The notes: generated from the letters alone by a model not told the origin. Shown: positions 37,594 to 49,481, numbered from the stretch's first letter. The stretch is DNA of 64,000 nucleotides from Andalucia godoyi And28 (GCA_009859145.1 VRVR01000052.1:1-64000), one strand, 5' to 3'. Numbers and translations are program-made.

Positions 37594-38508
37594 ATGGTAG
37601 AATCACAGAAATTGGGTCAGCGGCAGCACTTGTCGATAGACAAGGTGAATTTGCAGAAGCCGCTTCTTGCGCAAGTGGTTCGCATGCACCCTGACGACTA
37701 TCACAAGTTCATTGAGATGCCACGGATGCACACCGCGGAAACGAGGATTTTTGAGAAGGACTGGATGGATGCCTGCACAATGGCACCGTGGTGGCATCCA
37801 ATCGGGATCTGGGGCCCGATACTGTGGGGATATGCAGCACTGTCCTTTGACACAAGGTACATCGCTGCAGGGCTGCTGCTGTGGACATTTGTAGAGTACC
37901 ACGTTCACCGGTTTGTGTTTCACTTGCGACCGCGGACCGCGGACCAAATCCACTTTCACTTTCTGGCGCACGGATATCACCATCTGCATCCCATGGACGT
38001 CAATCGCATTATGCTTCCGACCCCAATCCACCTTACGATTGGACTCTGCATGACGTTCCTGGCGGTATGGCTTGCGGGAGTCGACCCGGGCCTGTCCATC
38101 ATGATTGGCTTTGGCTGCGGTTACGTTTCCTATGACCATTTCCACTACGCGCTGCACTTCATCAAGTCGCGCTCGTTTGCAACGCTGCGCAAGCGCCACA
38201 TGAACCACCACTATCTGGATGATCGGTTTGACTTTGGAATCTCGCCACCTGCACGCCTCTGGGACCATCTGTACAACACGTCGAGCACAGTTGTGGTCGA
38301 CAGCGGCGCTGCTTGTGCCGGGGCTGCTGAACACGGCTTCATGAAGCCTGGCGCACGATCGGAAGTCCCAACTGACCATGAAAGTGACTCGGAGGCAGAT
38401 GAAGAAAGCGAGATTATGAGACGATGCTTCATGTCCAAGCGGCGAGATGCAGAGCCGCTCAGTGACGACTCCGATGAATCTGGCCACTCTTCCATGGTTT
38501 CGCGGTAG
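37594..38508 (+). CDS. FA2H: fatty acid / sphingolipid hydroxylase (FA2H/SCS7-like, no cytochrome b5 domain)
   Basis: His boxes EYHVHRFVFH, HGYHHLHP, YDHFHYALH, HMNHHY; FGISPP..WD. The 5' end is uncertain (the frame is open from 37492). Confidence 0.88.
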   Translation: MVESQKLGQRQHLSIDKVNLQKPLLAQVVRMHPDDYHKFIEMPRMHTAETRIFEKDWMDACTMAPWWHPIGIWGPILWGYAALSFDTRYIAAGLLLWTFVEYHVHRFVFHLRPRTADQIHFHFLAHGYHHLHPMDVNRIMLPTPIHLTIGLCMTFLAVWLAGVDPGLSIMIGFGCGYVSYDHFHYALHFIKSRSFATLRKRHMNHHYLDDRFDFGISPPARLWDHLYNTSSTVVVDSGAACAGAAEHGFMKPGARSEVPTDHESDSEADEESEIMRRCFMSKRRDAEPLSDDSDESGHSSMVSR

Positions 38509-39058
38509 CAAGTGGCGTGCACTCGGCCGCACAACCCCCCGCAGCACACACAGACGCAGACACGCACACACACACGCACACGCACACAGAATCGCAAAAA
38601 CCACCCAGAGCGTACAGAACACACTCGTAAAGGTAGCCATATAACCATTCGCACATCGGCACGCTGTCTTGGAGGCAAAAGCATCACATACTCTTTTTAA
38701 CAAACAGTCAAAGAAAGAAGAGCGTTTTATACGAAATCATTAATAAGACACAAACACGTGGCACATCCTACAACACATACAAAGCCGATAATTAAAGCAC
38801 ACCCACCCACCCACCCACCCACACACACACACACACACAGACAGACAGAAAGGGAGAGAGGAAGGAAGAACAAGACAGAGCGCCAAACCAAAAACAAAAA
38901 CAAAAACAAAAAAAAACAGAAGAAAAGCAATCCAAAAGAACGACTGAACTGTACATGAGACGATCATCCCCACCGACAGACGTCGAGAGGCAGATGTGAA
39001 GAAGAAGAAGACGGAGAGCAACCGCCAGAGCAGCCGGAAAAACTCCGGTAAATAAAAA

Positions 39059-42000
39059 TCACTGCTCTTGCTCTTCGTTGGACTCCGACTGAAGCAACGC
39101 AACGGCCTGTTCGTGGCTGATCTTGTCGACTGCGGAAACGCGATTTGCATACGAAGTGCAGTAGACTTCGTCATAGTACGTCACGGCCTGGTGCTTGAAG
39201 GAAGTGCAGATGAACTGCGTGCTTCCATCCGCAGTCTGCGAGTCCTCCACAAGCCCGGTACCATCCTTGCTCTGACTCGGGCCTGCAGAAATGTCAGGCA
39301 CCATCTTCAAACGAGACAGCCGCTGGATCATCCGAGCCACCGCAACGCAATGGGAGCCATCGAGGTTTGCATCAATTTCGTCGAACAAGTAGAACGGTGC
39401 AGGATCACAGCGCTGAATTGCAAAGATCAAGCAAAGCGCGAGCAACGACCTTTCGCCGCCCGAGAGGTGAGAAAGCGACACAGCATTGGACGACCGGCTC
39501 CCAGCTGCCTTTTTGGATTTGAAATTGCACTGGATGGAAACTCCTGTGTACGAGTCGATGGACCCATGCTCGCGATGGACACTGCCTGTTTTCATCACAA
39601 GATCTGCCCAGCCATTCGGAACCACTTCTTCAAACACCCGAGAGAAGTTGCGAGCCACTTGACGGAACGTGTTGTGGAGAGTCTCATCCTTTTTCTGGTC
39701 AAGATGACCAATGAGCTCGGAAATCGCAGCGGATGACCGGTCTGCCTCCTCCAGGCGAGCCTCGAATTCTGCGCGCTTCGCCCGCGCTTGTTCCCACTGA
39801 TCCACAGCTTTGCGGTTCACGCGGCCCGTGTACTGCTTCAGTTTCTGCAATACTCGGTCCAGTCGTGACAGCAAATCGGCCGTGCTTAAATGAGACACAT
39901 TCTCCAGATCCCGTGGAAGCGTCCCAAGTTCTCGGATTCTCGCCACGGTTTCGTCTCGCATTTTGAGTGCCGTTGCTCTGCGAGCGTCCAGCATGGCCAG
40001 ATCTCGTTGGGCATCCGCAAGTTGCGATGCGGCGGCTTCTTCTTCGTTCCCGTGCTCCTCCGCGGCATCACGAGCCGAATTGTACTCGGCGCGGGTCTTC
40101 GCGATGCGGTCGCCAATGGATTCCAGCTGCGCTATGTTGTCTTGCATCTGACGACTGACGCTCACCAAATCCGCCTCCAACTGCGAAATGTCGTTAGCTG
40201 CGAACGACGAGCGGTCCGACATCACGGATGAGGCACTGAGCAGAGACAGTCTTTCTCGGTACAATCTTGATTCGAGCTCGGTCTTGGTCTTCTGCAGCTG
40301 CTGTTCAAGCTGCTTCTTCTGCGACGAAATATGCGCGATCTCGTCGTCCAATCTCTGCCTTTCCATTCGACACCGTTCAAACTCTTCGTCCTTTGCCTTG
40401 GTGTTCTGACCACCCTTTTTGCTAGCCTTTGCCTTCGCCCGCAGTGCTGCAACAGTTTCGCTTCCTTGCTGAATGTCACGCTCGACAGCAGTGAGCTTCT
40501 GTCGTGCGTCGTGCAGCAATTCCAATGCCCTTTGCTCTTCTTCGCGGAATCGAATGAGATCAGCATGAATTTGAGAGATCCGGCTCTTTGCGTTCGAGAG
40601 CTCTCGACGTAGGCGATCCGCGTCACCGCACAAAACACCATACGCTTGGTTTTCTTTGTCCACAACATCCTGTGCTTTCCTCAGTTGCTCCTCCGCGCTG
40701 TCCCGCTTGGAAGACGCCTGGGAAAGCTGCCGAGCAGCAAGAGATTTGATCGCGGACTTGTCCACAAAGCCACCTTTCAAGAAGCCCTTTCTGGAAACAA
40801 ACTCGCCCGTCAACGTGACGGCATCGCATCCAAATTGAACGGAAACAGTGTGCGCAATGTCGAGCGTTCGACACAGCACACATCGTCCAAACACCGTCTG
40901 AACGGCAGGCTCGATGTCTTTGCTGTATGTAAGCATTTCTGTGAATGGAACCGCATCGTCATTGAACTCCCGTTTCAACGCCGCAGCATCCAAAGAGTGC
41001 TTGTTTCCAGACTTTTGCATGTTGGCTGCTAGCTGGGCAATGGGGAAAAAAGAAACCCGCCCCGGTGCTTGACGAGCATAGAATTTTTTGAGCAGCAGCG
41101 CAGCAGTCGCGTCATTGTCCACCACCACAAACAAGAGAGAGTTTCCTCCGACGACATCGAACGCCAAGTGCAGGCCGTCTGCTGACGGCGAGACAAGGTC
41201 CACAAGCGGTCCTTTGACACCGCGCTGCATGGCAGCAGGGAGTTCTGTTGCAATGGCTTTGATGGACTGCAGACCGTGTACAACCTCGCGAGAAGAGGTC
41301 TTGTTGAACAGAGCTTCTGCTTTAGAATACGTTTCCTTGCTGTCGCGAAGAACTTGCGACGCCTCGTCTTGCGCACGCTGTGCATTTCGGAGAGACATCA
41401 GCGTTCGAGAAATTGCTTCGTTCTTCTCCTGCAGCGCGGAGGTCTGCGTCTCCTGCTTTCCCTCTAATAAAGACAGTTCATCGGTCAGGGCACGAACTTG
41501 TTCGGAAGCCTTTTCTGCAGCTCGGCCGTAGTTCTCGACGGTCGCCTTCACGACTGGAAGCCTGTTCTTCGTGGCCTCCTTGAGCGCCTCTTCCTGTCTC
41601 TTGATTTCAAATTCAACATTCGATTCGTCCAGCATCCTGAGCTCGACTGCATCGCGTTGCTGCAGGATGCTCCTTTCTTCCTCTTCAAGCTGCTTGATCT
41701 CGTCTCGAATGCCATCGCGTTCCTTTTCAACGCGGGCGATTTCCTCTTGAATTTCTTGCATCCTTGAGCGTTTCCTAGAAGGTGCTGCCGGCTCCTGCGA
41801 CGACTGGGAGTTGCTGTGCTCTGATTCAGAATGGAGTCTCTGCAGCTGAACTTCCAGTCTCGCCTTCCGTTCCATTGCCACATTCTTTTCGCCTTCGCAG
41901 ACCCGCTTTCTGCCCTCAAGCTCATCCAAACGGTTCATAAGACCTTCCATCCGCGAATCTGCATCTCGTCGCAGTGCCTGCGCGCTTGTCTGTGCATCCT

Positions 42001-42766
42001 GCGCCACTCCTACTCGAGAAACAATCGCCGATCGCTCGGACTCGACCGAGTCCAACTGTCTTCTTGCCTCTGCCAGCTTCCGATCCGCAAGTGCATATTC
42101 GACGGTTTTTCGTTCATTCTCAAGCTGCAAGTATTCCGCAAGATCCTTCCTCTCTTCGTCCAGTTCGTGCAGTCGGTCGTCCATTTCGTCCAATTGCGAG
42201 CGCACTTTCTTGCGCTTGTCCTCTGTTTCGGCTAGCAGCTTGCTCGAATCTCCTCTCCGCTCGTCATACACCCGCGTTCCTGCCACTTCCTTGAGCAGAA
42301 CAAGCCGTTCCTCATCGGTTGCTGCGACCAGCTTTTCAATTTCGCCCTGTCGAACAATGTAGTACGGATTCGATCGCGAAAATCCCGCGGTTTCCAGCAG
42401 ATTCGTCACGTCTCGAGAGCTCATCGGCTTCCCATCCACACGAAATTCCTCCGACTTCAGCCCGACCATCCTCGTGATCGCAACCGTCGGCTTGTCAATT
42501 GGAATTCGACCGTCTGTATTGTCCAGCACAATCGTCACGGAGGCCGAAAGAGTTGATCGTCCTGCTCCGTCATGCAGCAAACCCCGTCGCTCTTCAGTGG
42601 ACAGCGAAGAGTACCGATCAGAAAGAACAAACTCCAATGCAGCGAACAGATTCGACTTTCCAGACCCGTTCAGTCCAACTACAAGGTTTGATTGCGAGCC
42701 AAAATGAACTGCTGTCGGCTCGCGGTACGACTTGAAGCCTGTAATCGTCACGCTTTTTATGTGCAT
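39059..42766 (-). CDS. SMC3: cohesin subunit SMC3
   Basis: MHIKSVTITGFKSY, Walker A GLNGSGKSN, FSRSNPYYIVRQG, hinge, LSGGERSLLALCLIFAIQRCDPAPFYLFDEIDANLD. Confidence 0.96.
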   Translation of the reverse strand: MHIKSVTITGFKSYREPTAVHFGSQSNLVVGLNGSGKSNLFAALEFVLSDRYSSLSTEERRGLLHDGAGRSTLSASVTIVLDNTDGRIPIDKPTVAITRMVGLKSEEFRVDGKPMSSRDVTNLLETAGFSRSNPYYIVRQGEIEKLVAATDEERLVLLKEVAGTRVYDERRGDSSKLLAETEDKRKKVRSQLDEMDDRLHELDEERKDLAEYLQLENERKTVEYALADRKLAEARRQLDSVESERSAIVSRVGVAQDAQTSAQALRRDADSRMEGLMNRLDELEGRKRVCEGEKNVAMERKARLEVQLQRLHSESEHSNSQSSQEPAAPSRKRSRMQEIQEEIARVEKERDGIRDEIKQLEEEERSILQQRDAVELRMLDESNVEFEIKRQEEALKEATKNRLPVVKATVENYGRAAEKASEQVRALTDELSLLEGKQETQTSALQEKNEAISRTLMSLRNAQRAQDEASQVLRDSKETYSKAEALFNKTSSREVVHGLQSIKAIATELPAAMQRGVKGPLVDLVSPSADGLHLAFDVVGGNSLLFVVVDNDATAALLLKKFYARQAPGRVSFFPIAQLAANMQKSGNKHSLDAAALKREFNDDAVPFTEMLTYSKDIEPAVQTVFGRCVLCRTLDIAHTVSVQFGCDAVTLTGEFVSRKGFLKGGFVDKSAIKSLAARQLSQASSKRDSAEEQLRKAQDVVDKENQAYGVLCGDADRLRRELSNAKSRISQIHADLIRFREEEQRALELLHDARQKLTAVERDIQQGSETVAALRAKAKASKKGGQNTKAKDEEFERCRMERQRLDDEIAHISSQKKQLEQQLQKTKTELESRLYRERLSLLSASSVMSDRSSFAANDISQLEADLVSVSRQMQDNIAQLESIGDRIAKTRAEYNSARDAAEEHGNEEEAAASQLADAQRDLAMLDARRATALKMRDETVARIRELGTLPRDLENVSHLSTADLLSRLDRVLQKLKQYTGRVNRKAVDQWEQARAKRAEFEARLEEADRSSAAISELIGHLDQKKDETLHNTFRQVARNFSRVFEEVVPNGWADLVMKTGSVHREHGSIDSYTGVSIQCNFKSKKAAGSRSSNAVSLSHLSGGERSLLALCLIFAIQRCDPAPFYLFDEIDANLDGSHCVAVARMIQRLSRLKMVPDISAGPSQSKDGTGLVEDSQTADGSTQFICTSFKHQAVTYYDEVYCTSYANRVSAVDKISHEQAVALLQSESNEEQEQ

Positions 42767-43327
42767 CCTTTGTAAAAATTCACCAAATTCACCAAATACA
42801 AGAAATACAAGAAATGCTAGAAGAAAACAATATTACATAATTAAGTATATAAATGGGAAAAGAAAAGAATCATATAAAAAAAGGAAGAGGAAAAAAAAAA
42901 AAAAGGAAATACAACGGAGCCAACTGGGGAATATCACAGCTTCGGAAATGTGTGAGAGTTTCTTTAGTGGTTTTTGAAATAAGCAGGAATGGAAGGTGTG
43001 GGAATGGCGGGAAGGGGCCGTCGAGTTATTGCTTACACACACGATCTGGCGCGGACGCACTTGAGTTGCGAGTTCGCGCGCATCCACTGTTCGCCAAAAG
43101 TCGTGTCTCCTCGCACTTCTCGGGTGACTGGATGGACGAGAAACCGTTGTAGATGAGATCCGCGGTTGCCCTGCTGGGTTCGTCATGACTCGCGAAACGA
43201 AAGGAAGGCTGTGTTGCGACAACCAGCTGCGTGTGCGGTGTTGTTTGTCTGTTTGTTTGTGACGGTGAAGAGAATATTGATTTACCACCGAGGTTGAAAA
43301 AAGAAAAAAGTGTGCGCTCGAGTTGTA

Positions 43328-44530
43328 ATGAAGCTGCGCGGATACGACTTTTTCCGGTCGATTGGATCGCCGCGATTCATGGTTGCGCCAATGGTCGATC
43401 AATCTGAGCTTCCGTTCCGGCTGTTGTGCAAGAACCACGGCGCGCATCTCGGATACACGCCAATGCTGAATGCGAGTATTTATTCCACGTGTGGAGATGA
43501 CCGAATGGAAGACTCTTTTTCAACGTGCGCGGAAGACAGGCCTGTTTTTGCCCAGTTTGCGGCCAATGATCCGCAGAAGCTGCTCATTTCTGCAAAGAGA
43601 CTGGAGACGCTGGTGGACGCAGTGGATATCAACCTTGGATGCCCACAGCATATTGCACGCAGGGGCCACTATGGAGCGTTTCTGATGGATGAGTGGGACT
43701 TGATTGCATCCATGGTCAAAATTCTTGATGATAACCTTGCGATTCCCGTCACGTGCAAGATCCGAGTGTTTGCAGACCGAGATAAGTCGGTTGAATACGC
43801 AAAGATGATCGAAGCGGCTGGGTGTTCGGTCCTTGCGGTCCATGGAAGAACAAGAGAGCAGAAGGGAACGAATATGGGTGTTGCAGACTGGGACACGATC
43901 AAGGCTATTAAGCAGGCATTGAAGATTCCGGTGCTCGCAAACGGAAACATGGAGACGTTTGAGGATGTGCAGAGATGTATCCAATATACAGGATGCGACG
44001 GCGTGCTTTCTGCAGAAGCATTGCTGTGGAACCCAGCCTTGTTCAGTGGCAAGCTGCTTCCCTCGTTGGACTTGTGTCAGGAATACGTTGATCTCGTGCG
44101 TCTGCACCCGTGTCCTTTGCGAATGGTGAAAGCCCACATCTTCAAGATTCTTGCGTGTCTGATTCACAGTCCAGAAAACCATGATCTCCGACAAAAGCTC
44201 GGCACTGGGTGCGCGTCGCTGGAAGAATACGCAGGAATCGTCACGACTCTTCGCGAGCGGTGTGACGCGAAGGGGCTCGTTCCGCTTGTGGAGATGTACA
44301 GAGACCGCAGAGAAGAGTCTAAAAAGCAAAAGGAAAATCTGGAAGCGTTTGCAAGCTCGAGAAAGCGAGAGGTTGCCGTCATTGACACATCCGAGTCCAG
44401 CAAGAAGCAAAAGACTGTTGCAGCCGCAGTTAGTGTCCAAGATCATGATTCCAGCTGCTGCAGTAGCAATCTGCAAGATGCGCCACCGTCCACAGCGTCT
44501 GTGTCCTCCGAAAGCACATCTCACCTTTGA
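43328..44530 (+). CDS. DUS1: tRNA-dihydrouridine synthase 1
   Basis: APMVDQSELPFRLL, QFAANDP, DINLGCPQHIARRGHYGAFL, VTCKIR, AVHGRT, ANGN, DGVLSAEALLWNP. Confidence 0.95.
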   Translation: MKLRGYDFFRSIGSPRFMVAPMVDQSELPFRLLCKNHGAHLGYTPMLNASIYSTCGDDRMEDSFSTCAEDRPVFAQFAANDPQKLLISAKRLETLVDAVDINLGCPQHIARRGHYGAFLMDEWDLIASMVKILDDNLAIPVTCKIRVFADRDKSVEYAKMIEAAGCSVLAVHGRTREQKGTNMGVADWDTIKAIKQALKIPVLANGNMETFEDVQRCIQYTGCDGVLSAEALLWNPALFSGKLLPSLDLCQEYVDLVRLHPCPLRMVKAHIFKILACLIHSPENHDLRQKLGTGCASLEEYAGIVTTLRERCDAKGLVPLVEMYRDRREESKKQKENLEAFASSRKREVAVIDTSESSKKQKTVAAAVSVQDHDSSCCSSNLQDAPPSTASVSSESTSHL

Positions 44531-44639
44531 GCAGCCACATTCCACCCGCCCGTACAACGACCTCACAGCGCCAGCCCGAATAAACTAGACCTGAAACAAT
44601 AATCTTTTCATCATCATCATCATCCTCATCCTCAAGAAG

Positions 44640-44688
44640 CAGAAGAAGAAGAAGAAGAAGAAGAAGAAGAAGAAGAAGAAGAAGAAGA
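44640..44688. repeat. (GAA)n microsatellite
   Basis: About 16 consecutive units. Confidence 0.9.
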
Positions 44689-45324
44689 AAACGTCACAAG
44701 ATTCTCGAGCCCAGCTTCCCCAGCGGCCGTAGTAAAAAAGGGCGACCAAAAACCACCACATACATAAAAGGAATCATCGCCCTTTTTCTCTTTCCCCTCT
44801 TGGATTCAACATGCGGCCATCCGAGTCGAGGCTTCCCCGAGTCTCCCAAGTCTCCTTTCCCCCGTCCAGTCCAGTCCAGTCCTCACTCATTCCGTACTCG
44901 CTTTCCTTTCACATTCGTTATTCAGTGTTTTGGCCATTTGGATTCTTCTTTCTGGATCGTTTACGTGTGTGTGTGTGTGTGAGAGTGTGTGTGTGTTTAT
45001 TTTTCTTTTCTTTTTTTCTTCTCTGTGTGTCCGTGTTTTTATTATTGTGATTGTGATTGTTATTATTATTATTATTTATTATTATTATATATACACATCT
45101 TATGCTGACTTTTTTTGCCATTCGTGTTTGATCTTCCACTGTTGTTGACGCATCCTTTCCGCAACCCATTCTGTTCAGCGTCCCTCCTTTTTCATCCATC
45201 TTTTCCCATTATCATTATTATTATTATTATTATTTATCATTGTTGTTAGTATTGTTGTAGCTGGGGGTTTGCACATACGGAGCCGGATTAAGGGTCTAGG
45301 GTTTAGGTTTATTGAGGGGGGACG

Positions 45325-46623
45325 ATGAGCCGACATTCGGGTGCGCCGTACGTGATCACGATAAAGTATAATGATCGGAGCATCGTGCTGGAGCTTTCGC
45401 CGAGTTCGACGTATCGAGAAATGCAGCAGAGGATATATGATTTGACGCGGGTGCATCCGGACCGGCAAAAGCTGATTGGGTTCTGCCCGGGATTCGTGCT
45501 TCCTGAAGACCCCGATGTGGCGGTGTCGATGCTTGGCATCAGTCCGTCGAGGACCTGCGTCATGGTGGGGTCGTCTGATGATCCAGTGCATGGTGGATAT
45601 CCGTTCAATGTGTTTCTGTCAGCTCCAGAGCGCAAACTGTGCGTCATGGAAGCTGAGATTCTCCGGCTGCCGTCGTCCGCGCAGGACTATCTTAGAGACG
45701 CGGAAGTTCTTGCACGACTGAACCACAGAATCGCAACCACAAAGCTTGATTACATCCATCCGCCGCGGCCAGGTTACAAGCTGCTTGTTCTCGACATTGA
45801 CTACACATTCTACGACATGAAGAGCATGGGAAAGGGAATTTCGCTGTTCAAGAGGCCATACACTGACGAGTTTCTGCAGTGGGCATATCAGTATTTTGAT
45901 CTCATGTTCTGGTCGCAGACAACGTGGAACTGGATTGAAGCAAAGCTCTCGGACATGAAGATTCTGTCTGCGTCAAACTACCATGTGTGCTGCGCGCTGG
46001 ACAGAGCCGCAATGTTTCCAGTCACCTCAATTCACAAAGGCGCGCTGAAAACACACGAAGTGAAGCCGCTGCAAGTGGTTTGGTCCATTGCGGGGCCCGA
46101 GAATGGGTATGGCCCGCACAACACATTGCACATCGATGACCTGAGTAGAAACTTTGCGCTCAATGCAACAAACGGAATCAAGGTTCGTGCGTACAAGAAT
46201 GCCCCCGTAATGAGAGCGGACGACAAGGAACTGATCTTTCTGCAGCGCTATCTCGAAAAGATTCGATCTTCTGCAGACTTTTCAAAGTTGGATCACAATC
46301 ATTGGAGAAGGAAAGTCACGGAGCCTGGAGAGGATACGTCGCATTCGCAGCATGGTGCAAACTCCCCGGTTCCCGAAGAGTTCATGGGCACCCAGCCGAC
46401 GATCGCCGCCCCGGTGCCATCGATGTTTTACCAGTCGGATGGCACAACCTTTGACTCCTCATTGACTCAGCTGCAGCAACTGCAACAGCACATGCATCAT
46501 CAGCAACAGATTCAGCAGCAATATCAACAGTATCAGCAGCAGCCGCAACAGCATCAACAGCACCAACAACATGATTCATCGGACAAGAAACAGAATGCCG
46601 GTCCTTCAAACAAGGCTCTTTAG
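45325..46623 (+). CDS. UBLCP1: ubiquitin-like domain-containing CTD phosphatase 1
   Basis: N-terminal UBL (LTRVHPDRQKLIG) plus HAD phosphatase LLVLDIDYT, KRPYTDEFL, WSQT, VKPLQVVW, DDLSRNFALN; Gln-rich tail. Confidence 0.93.
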   Translation: MSRHSGAPYVITIKYNDRSIVLELSPSSTYREMQQRIYDLTRVHPDRQKLIGFCPGFVLPEDPDVAVSMLGISPSRTCVMVGSSDDPVHGGYPFNVFLSAPERKLCVMEAEILRLPSSAQDYLRDAEVLARLNHRIATTKLDYIHPPRPGYKLLVLDIDYTFYDMKSMGKGISLFKRPYTDEFLQWAYQYFDLMFWSQTTWNWIEAKLSDMKILSASNYHVCCALDRAAMFPVTSIHKGALKTHEVKPLQVVWSIAGPENGYGPHNTLHIDDLSRNFALNATNGIKVRAYKNAPVMRADDKELIFLQRYLEKIRSSADFSKLDHNHWRRKVTEPGEDTSHSQHGANSPVPEEFMGTQPTIAAPVPSMFYQSDGTTFDSSLTQLQQLQQHMHHQQQIQQQYQQYQQQPQQHQQHQQHDSSDKKQNAGPSNKAL

Positions 46624-47201
46624 CATCCCGTCGTTGCTCGCTGCTCTTTTCTTCTTCTTCTTCTTCTTTTTCTTTTTCTTCTTCTTTCTTTCTTTCTTGC
46701 TTGCTTGAATACATGCTGCGATCTTTTCAAAGTCGGCACCATTTTCCCACATCCTACCTAGACACTTCGCACCACCCCCTTCTGTATCGTATTGTGGCTG
46801 GCTGGCTGGCTAGCCGGCTGGGTGAAGTCTGTTCTCTTCGTGTTCTTCTTCGTCGTCGTCGTCTTCCTCTTCTTCTTCTTCATTTTTTCCCCCTCTCCTC
46901 TTCCCTTTTCTTTTGGTTTATCGTTATGGCTGACAAGTGGCAACTCGAATTTTTGATTTTTCTCGTGCTTGCTTAGAAAGATACCTAGATAGTAAAGACA
47001 AGCGTTCTCTCTCTGACTCGAAGACTGTGTCGCGTTCTGAGAACGGGGCAAACGCAGCATTTACCCTTGGCAAAGCTACCCGGCATAACCGAGCACCCAG
47101 GTAAGCTCAAGACTATGCATAAAAATACAAAACGTACACGCGTGCGGGGGCGCATGTATGCAACAACAAGCGTTTGCACAGCGATGCAAATCAACGGCGC
47201 T

Positions 47202-49259
47202 TCAAGGAGAGGCAGGATTGTTCAGAAGGGGCGACGAAAGCAGGTGCTGATAGTCAGTGTTCTTCAAAGGAGTGAAATTCAAAAGTCCTCCGTTTGCTTG
47301 GACGATCCTGCGTCGCTTGGGTGACGGCGTGCGCACGAACGAGTGGACACTTCGCGCTCCTGAGCCTGGCTCGGAGTCCATGCCGCTTCGCACGCTCTGT
47401 CGGTCTGGAGACAGTGGCGGACTGCTGTCCACCGACCCCAGCAAGATAAACAAGGCTTCCTGAATCGCTGCATTGTACGCATGGCGTGCGATGGAGGCTG
47501 ACTTGGCCATCTGCAGCTCATCTGAGATCCACGCACTGCGGTATCGAAGCGGCAGACGTTGAACGGTCTCCTGACACGCCGCAAGAAGACGAACATCACC
47601 AACCTCTTTTGCAAGTCGAGACGCCTCCGAAAGAAACATCGAGGCATTCTGCAGGTCTGCGCTCTCCAAGCATGAAAGACCACTCTCGTGCATCCGTTGT
47701 GCAATGAGCGGATAACATGTGGAAGACACTGCCAATTCAGCATCGCTGACCCGAGGATTGGCCAATGATGACAACACATGCTGGCGCTGCGTGCTGCACA
47801 ACGAAGACCAAACTGCAGCCGTGTCGGACGCCGGCGGATCAAAAGAAGAGTGCACGATTTGAACGTGATCCGAGACATCGTATCCGAGAAGCTGGCCAAT
47901 AACGCACATTGCAAGATGCCAGTCAAGACGCGCAGTCACCAGCAGCTTTGGACAGTCCAGCATTCTTGTCTGGCACTCCAGCAGCGCCTGTGCCGCCTTG
48001 TCCATGCTGCCCTGCGTGCCATGGATGCAGGCAACGTGGAACGCAATGCCGAACAAGAGTGAGTGCACCCCCACAGGGTGAACAGAATGAAGAGATGAAG
48101 ATGGTGATGGAGGTCGAGGTTGCTCAAGAGAGACCTCTCCCGCATGCAGAACATATTCTGCCTTTTCCAGGACATCGTCGATGCGGGCGGTCTGAAAATC
48201 GCAAGCCCGCGCATAAGAAGCGTACAGAAACACAACTTCGGCACGATAAGAAGGCGGGAAATCTTCCGGGTGCGCAAAGCATGGATTGACGACCCTCTGC
48301 GCAAACAGTTGCAGAAAACCTAGATCGAACCGCCGCCCAATGACTCCTGCCCATGCACACGCAACCACGTCCACGTCCACGTCCAAGCCACTGCCACCGC
48401 CACCGTCATTGCTGTTTCCTCCACTCGCCGCACCAAGAGCACCGCCCGTCATCATCGTTGTCGTGTTTGTTGTTGACAAGCCGACCCTTTCGAAGCACTG
48501 ACGCACGAGCAAGTCTGCGTTCGCATCGCCGGCCGTGCCGAGCTCCGTGCGAATTAGCGTCAGGAGGATCTGTCGCCGCATACACCTCCATGCAAACTCC
48601 TTTTCTTTATCTCGCGTACACGACGAAGACGAGCAGTACTGCAATCGCTCGCGACACTTCGAGATAGCAGCAGAGTTCGTGCATTCATCGCCACTCTGTA
48701 TCCAATACCGAACCTCCCACAAATCAAGAGAGTCCAGCGCCGCCGAAGCCGCAGCAGACGACACAGTGGGGGACGGCGCCTTGGAGGGTGCATAGGGCTC
48801 AGTTTTGGATTCATGCATGCGTCTATGCAACCAGCAAGTTCTACAAAACTCGACGGTTCTCGCAAAGAATGCAAAGTCGGAGTGAACAAACATGGCCGAG
48901 AGCGCAAACTCGACGGACGGAAGGTCGAACGGATCATACAGCACAGAGCGAAATGCATAGAAACAGCAAATCGAACACGACTGTCTACAGAGTCGTGCAA
49001 TCTCATAGTAGATCTTGTGCAGCAAGACTGCGCCTTTTGAACCAATTCGCAATCCTGAAGCGTCGCCACACTCCAGTTCACCATCCTCGCCAGAGTCACA
49101 TCCGGCACCAGGAAACGATGCGTGTGTCTGTGTCTCGTGGTAGATATCCAATGCAGCAAGCAGCAGTCGCGTCCTTTCCACACTGTTTCGACGCAAATGC
49201 ATCGCAAACTCGTATATCCGTTTCGAAAGGTTGTACCGATCAACCGCTGCAATCGACAT
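47202..49259 (-). CDS. hypothetical helical-repeat (TPR-like) protein, 685 aa
   Basis: Long ORF with amphipathic helical character and a C-terminal basic patch (PKRRR). No confident family. Confidence 0.75.
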   Translation of the reverse strand: MSIAAVDRYNLSKRIYEFAMHLRRNSVERTRLLLAALDIYHETQTHASFPGAGCDSGEDGELECGDASGLRIGSKGAVLLHKIYYEIARLCRQSCSICCFYAFRSVLYDPFDLPSVEFALSAMFVHSDFAFFARTVEFCRTCWLHRRMHESKTEPYAPSKAPSPTVSSAAASAALDSLDLWEVRYWIQSGDECTNSAAISKCRERLQYCSSSSCTRDKEKEFAWRCMRRQILLTLIRTELGTAGDANADLLVRQCFERVGLSTTNTTTMMTGGALGAASGGNSNDGGGGSGLDVDVDVVACAWAGVIGRRFDLGFLQLFAQRVVNPCFAHPEDFPPSYRAEVVFLYASYARACDFQTARIDDVLEKAEYVLHAGEVSLEQPRPPSPSSSLHSVHPVGVHSLLFGIAFHVACIHGTQGSMDKAAQALLECQTRMLDCPKLLVTARLDWHLAMCVIGQLLGYDVSDHVQIVHSSFDPPASDTAAVWSSLCSTQRQHVLSSLANPRVSDAELAVSSTCYPLIAQRMHESGLSCLESADLQNASMFLSEASRLAKEVGDVRLLAACQETVQRLPLRYRSAWISDELQMAKSASIARHAYNAAIQEALFILLGSVDSSPPLSPDRQSVRSGMDSEPGSGARSVHSFVRTPSPKRRRIVQANGGLLNFTPLKNTDYQHLLSSPLLNNPASP

Positions 49260-49289
49260 TCTCTCTCTCTCTCGCTCTCTCTTTCTCTG

Positions 49290-49327
<38 letters not shown>

Positions 49328-49481
49328 TGCCACTCTGTGCCTCGCTCCGACTGTCTACTTCTCAAAGGGCTGGTATCACCCGAATAGGAGAAACAGTTGA
49401 CCGTTTTGCGTATGATCATCAAACAAATAACAAGATACCAGAAGTTTGTTTATCAAGCCCGCTGTGGGGACGCGATGTTCC

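Noticed and set aside
37603-38703. 366-aa minus-strand ORF; likewise 36538-37446, 51387-52541, 13005-14156 and 43520-44566
   Set aside because: Antisense shadows of well-supported genes.
46920-47160. Possible snRNA/snoRNA/MRP RNA (GCTTACCTGG on the minus strand, AATTTTTGA, AACGGGGC, AAGACTAT)
   Set aside because: Only isolated short motifs on inconsistent strands; the U1 SL1/SL2 loops, U3 boxes and MRP P4 partner are missing.
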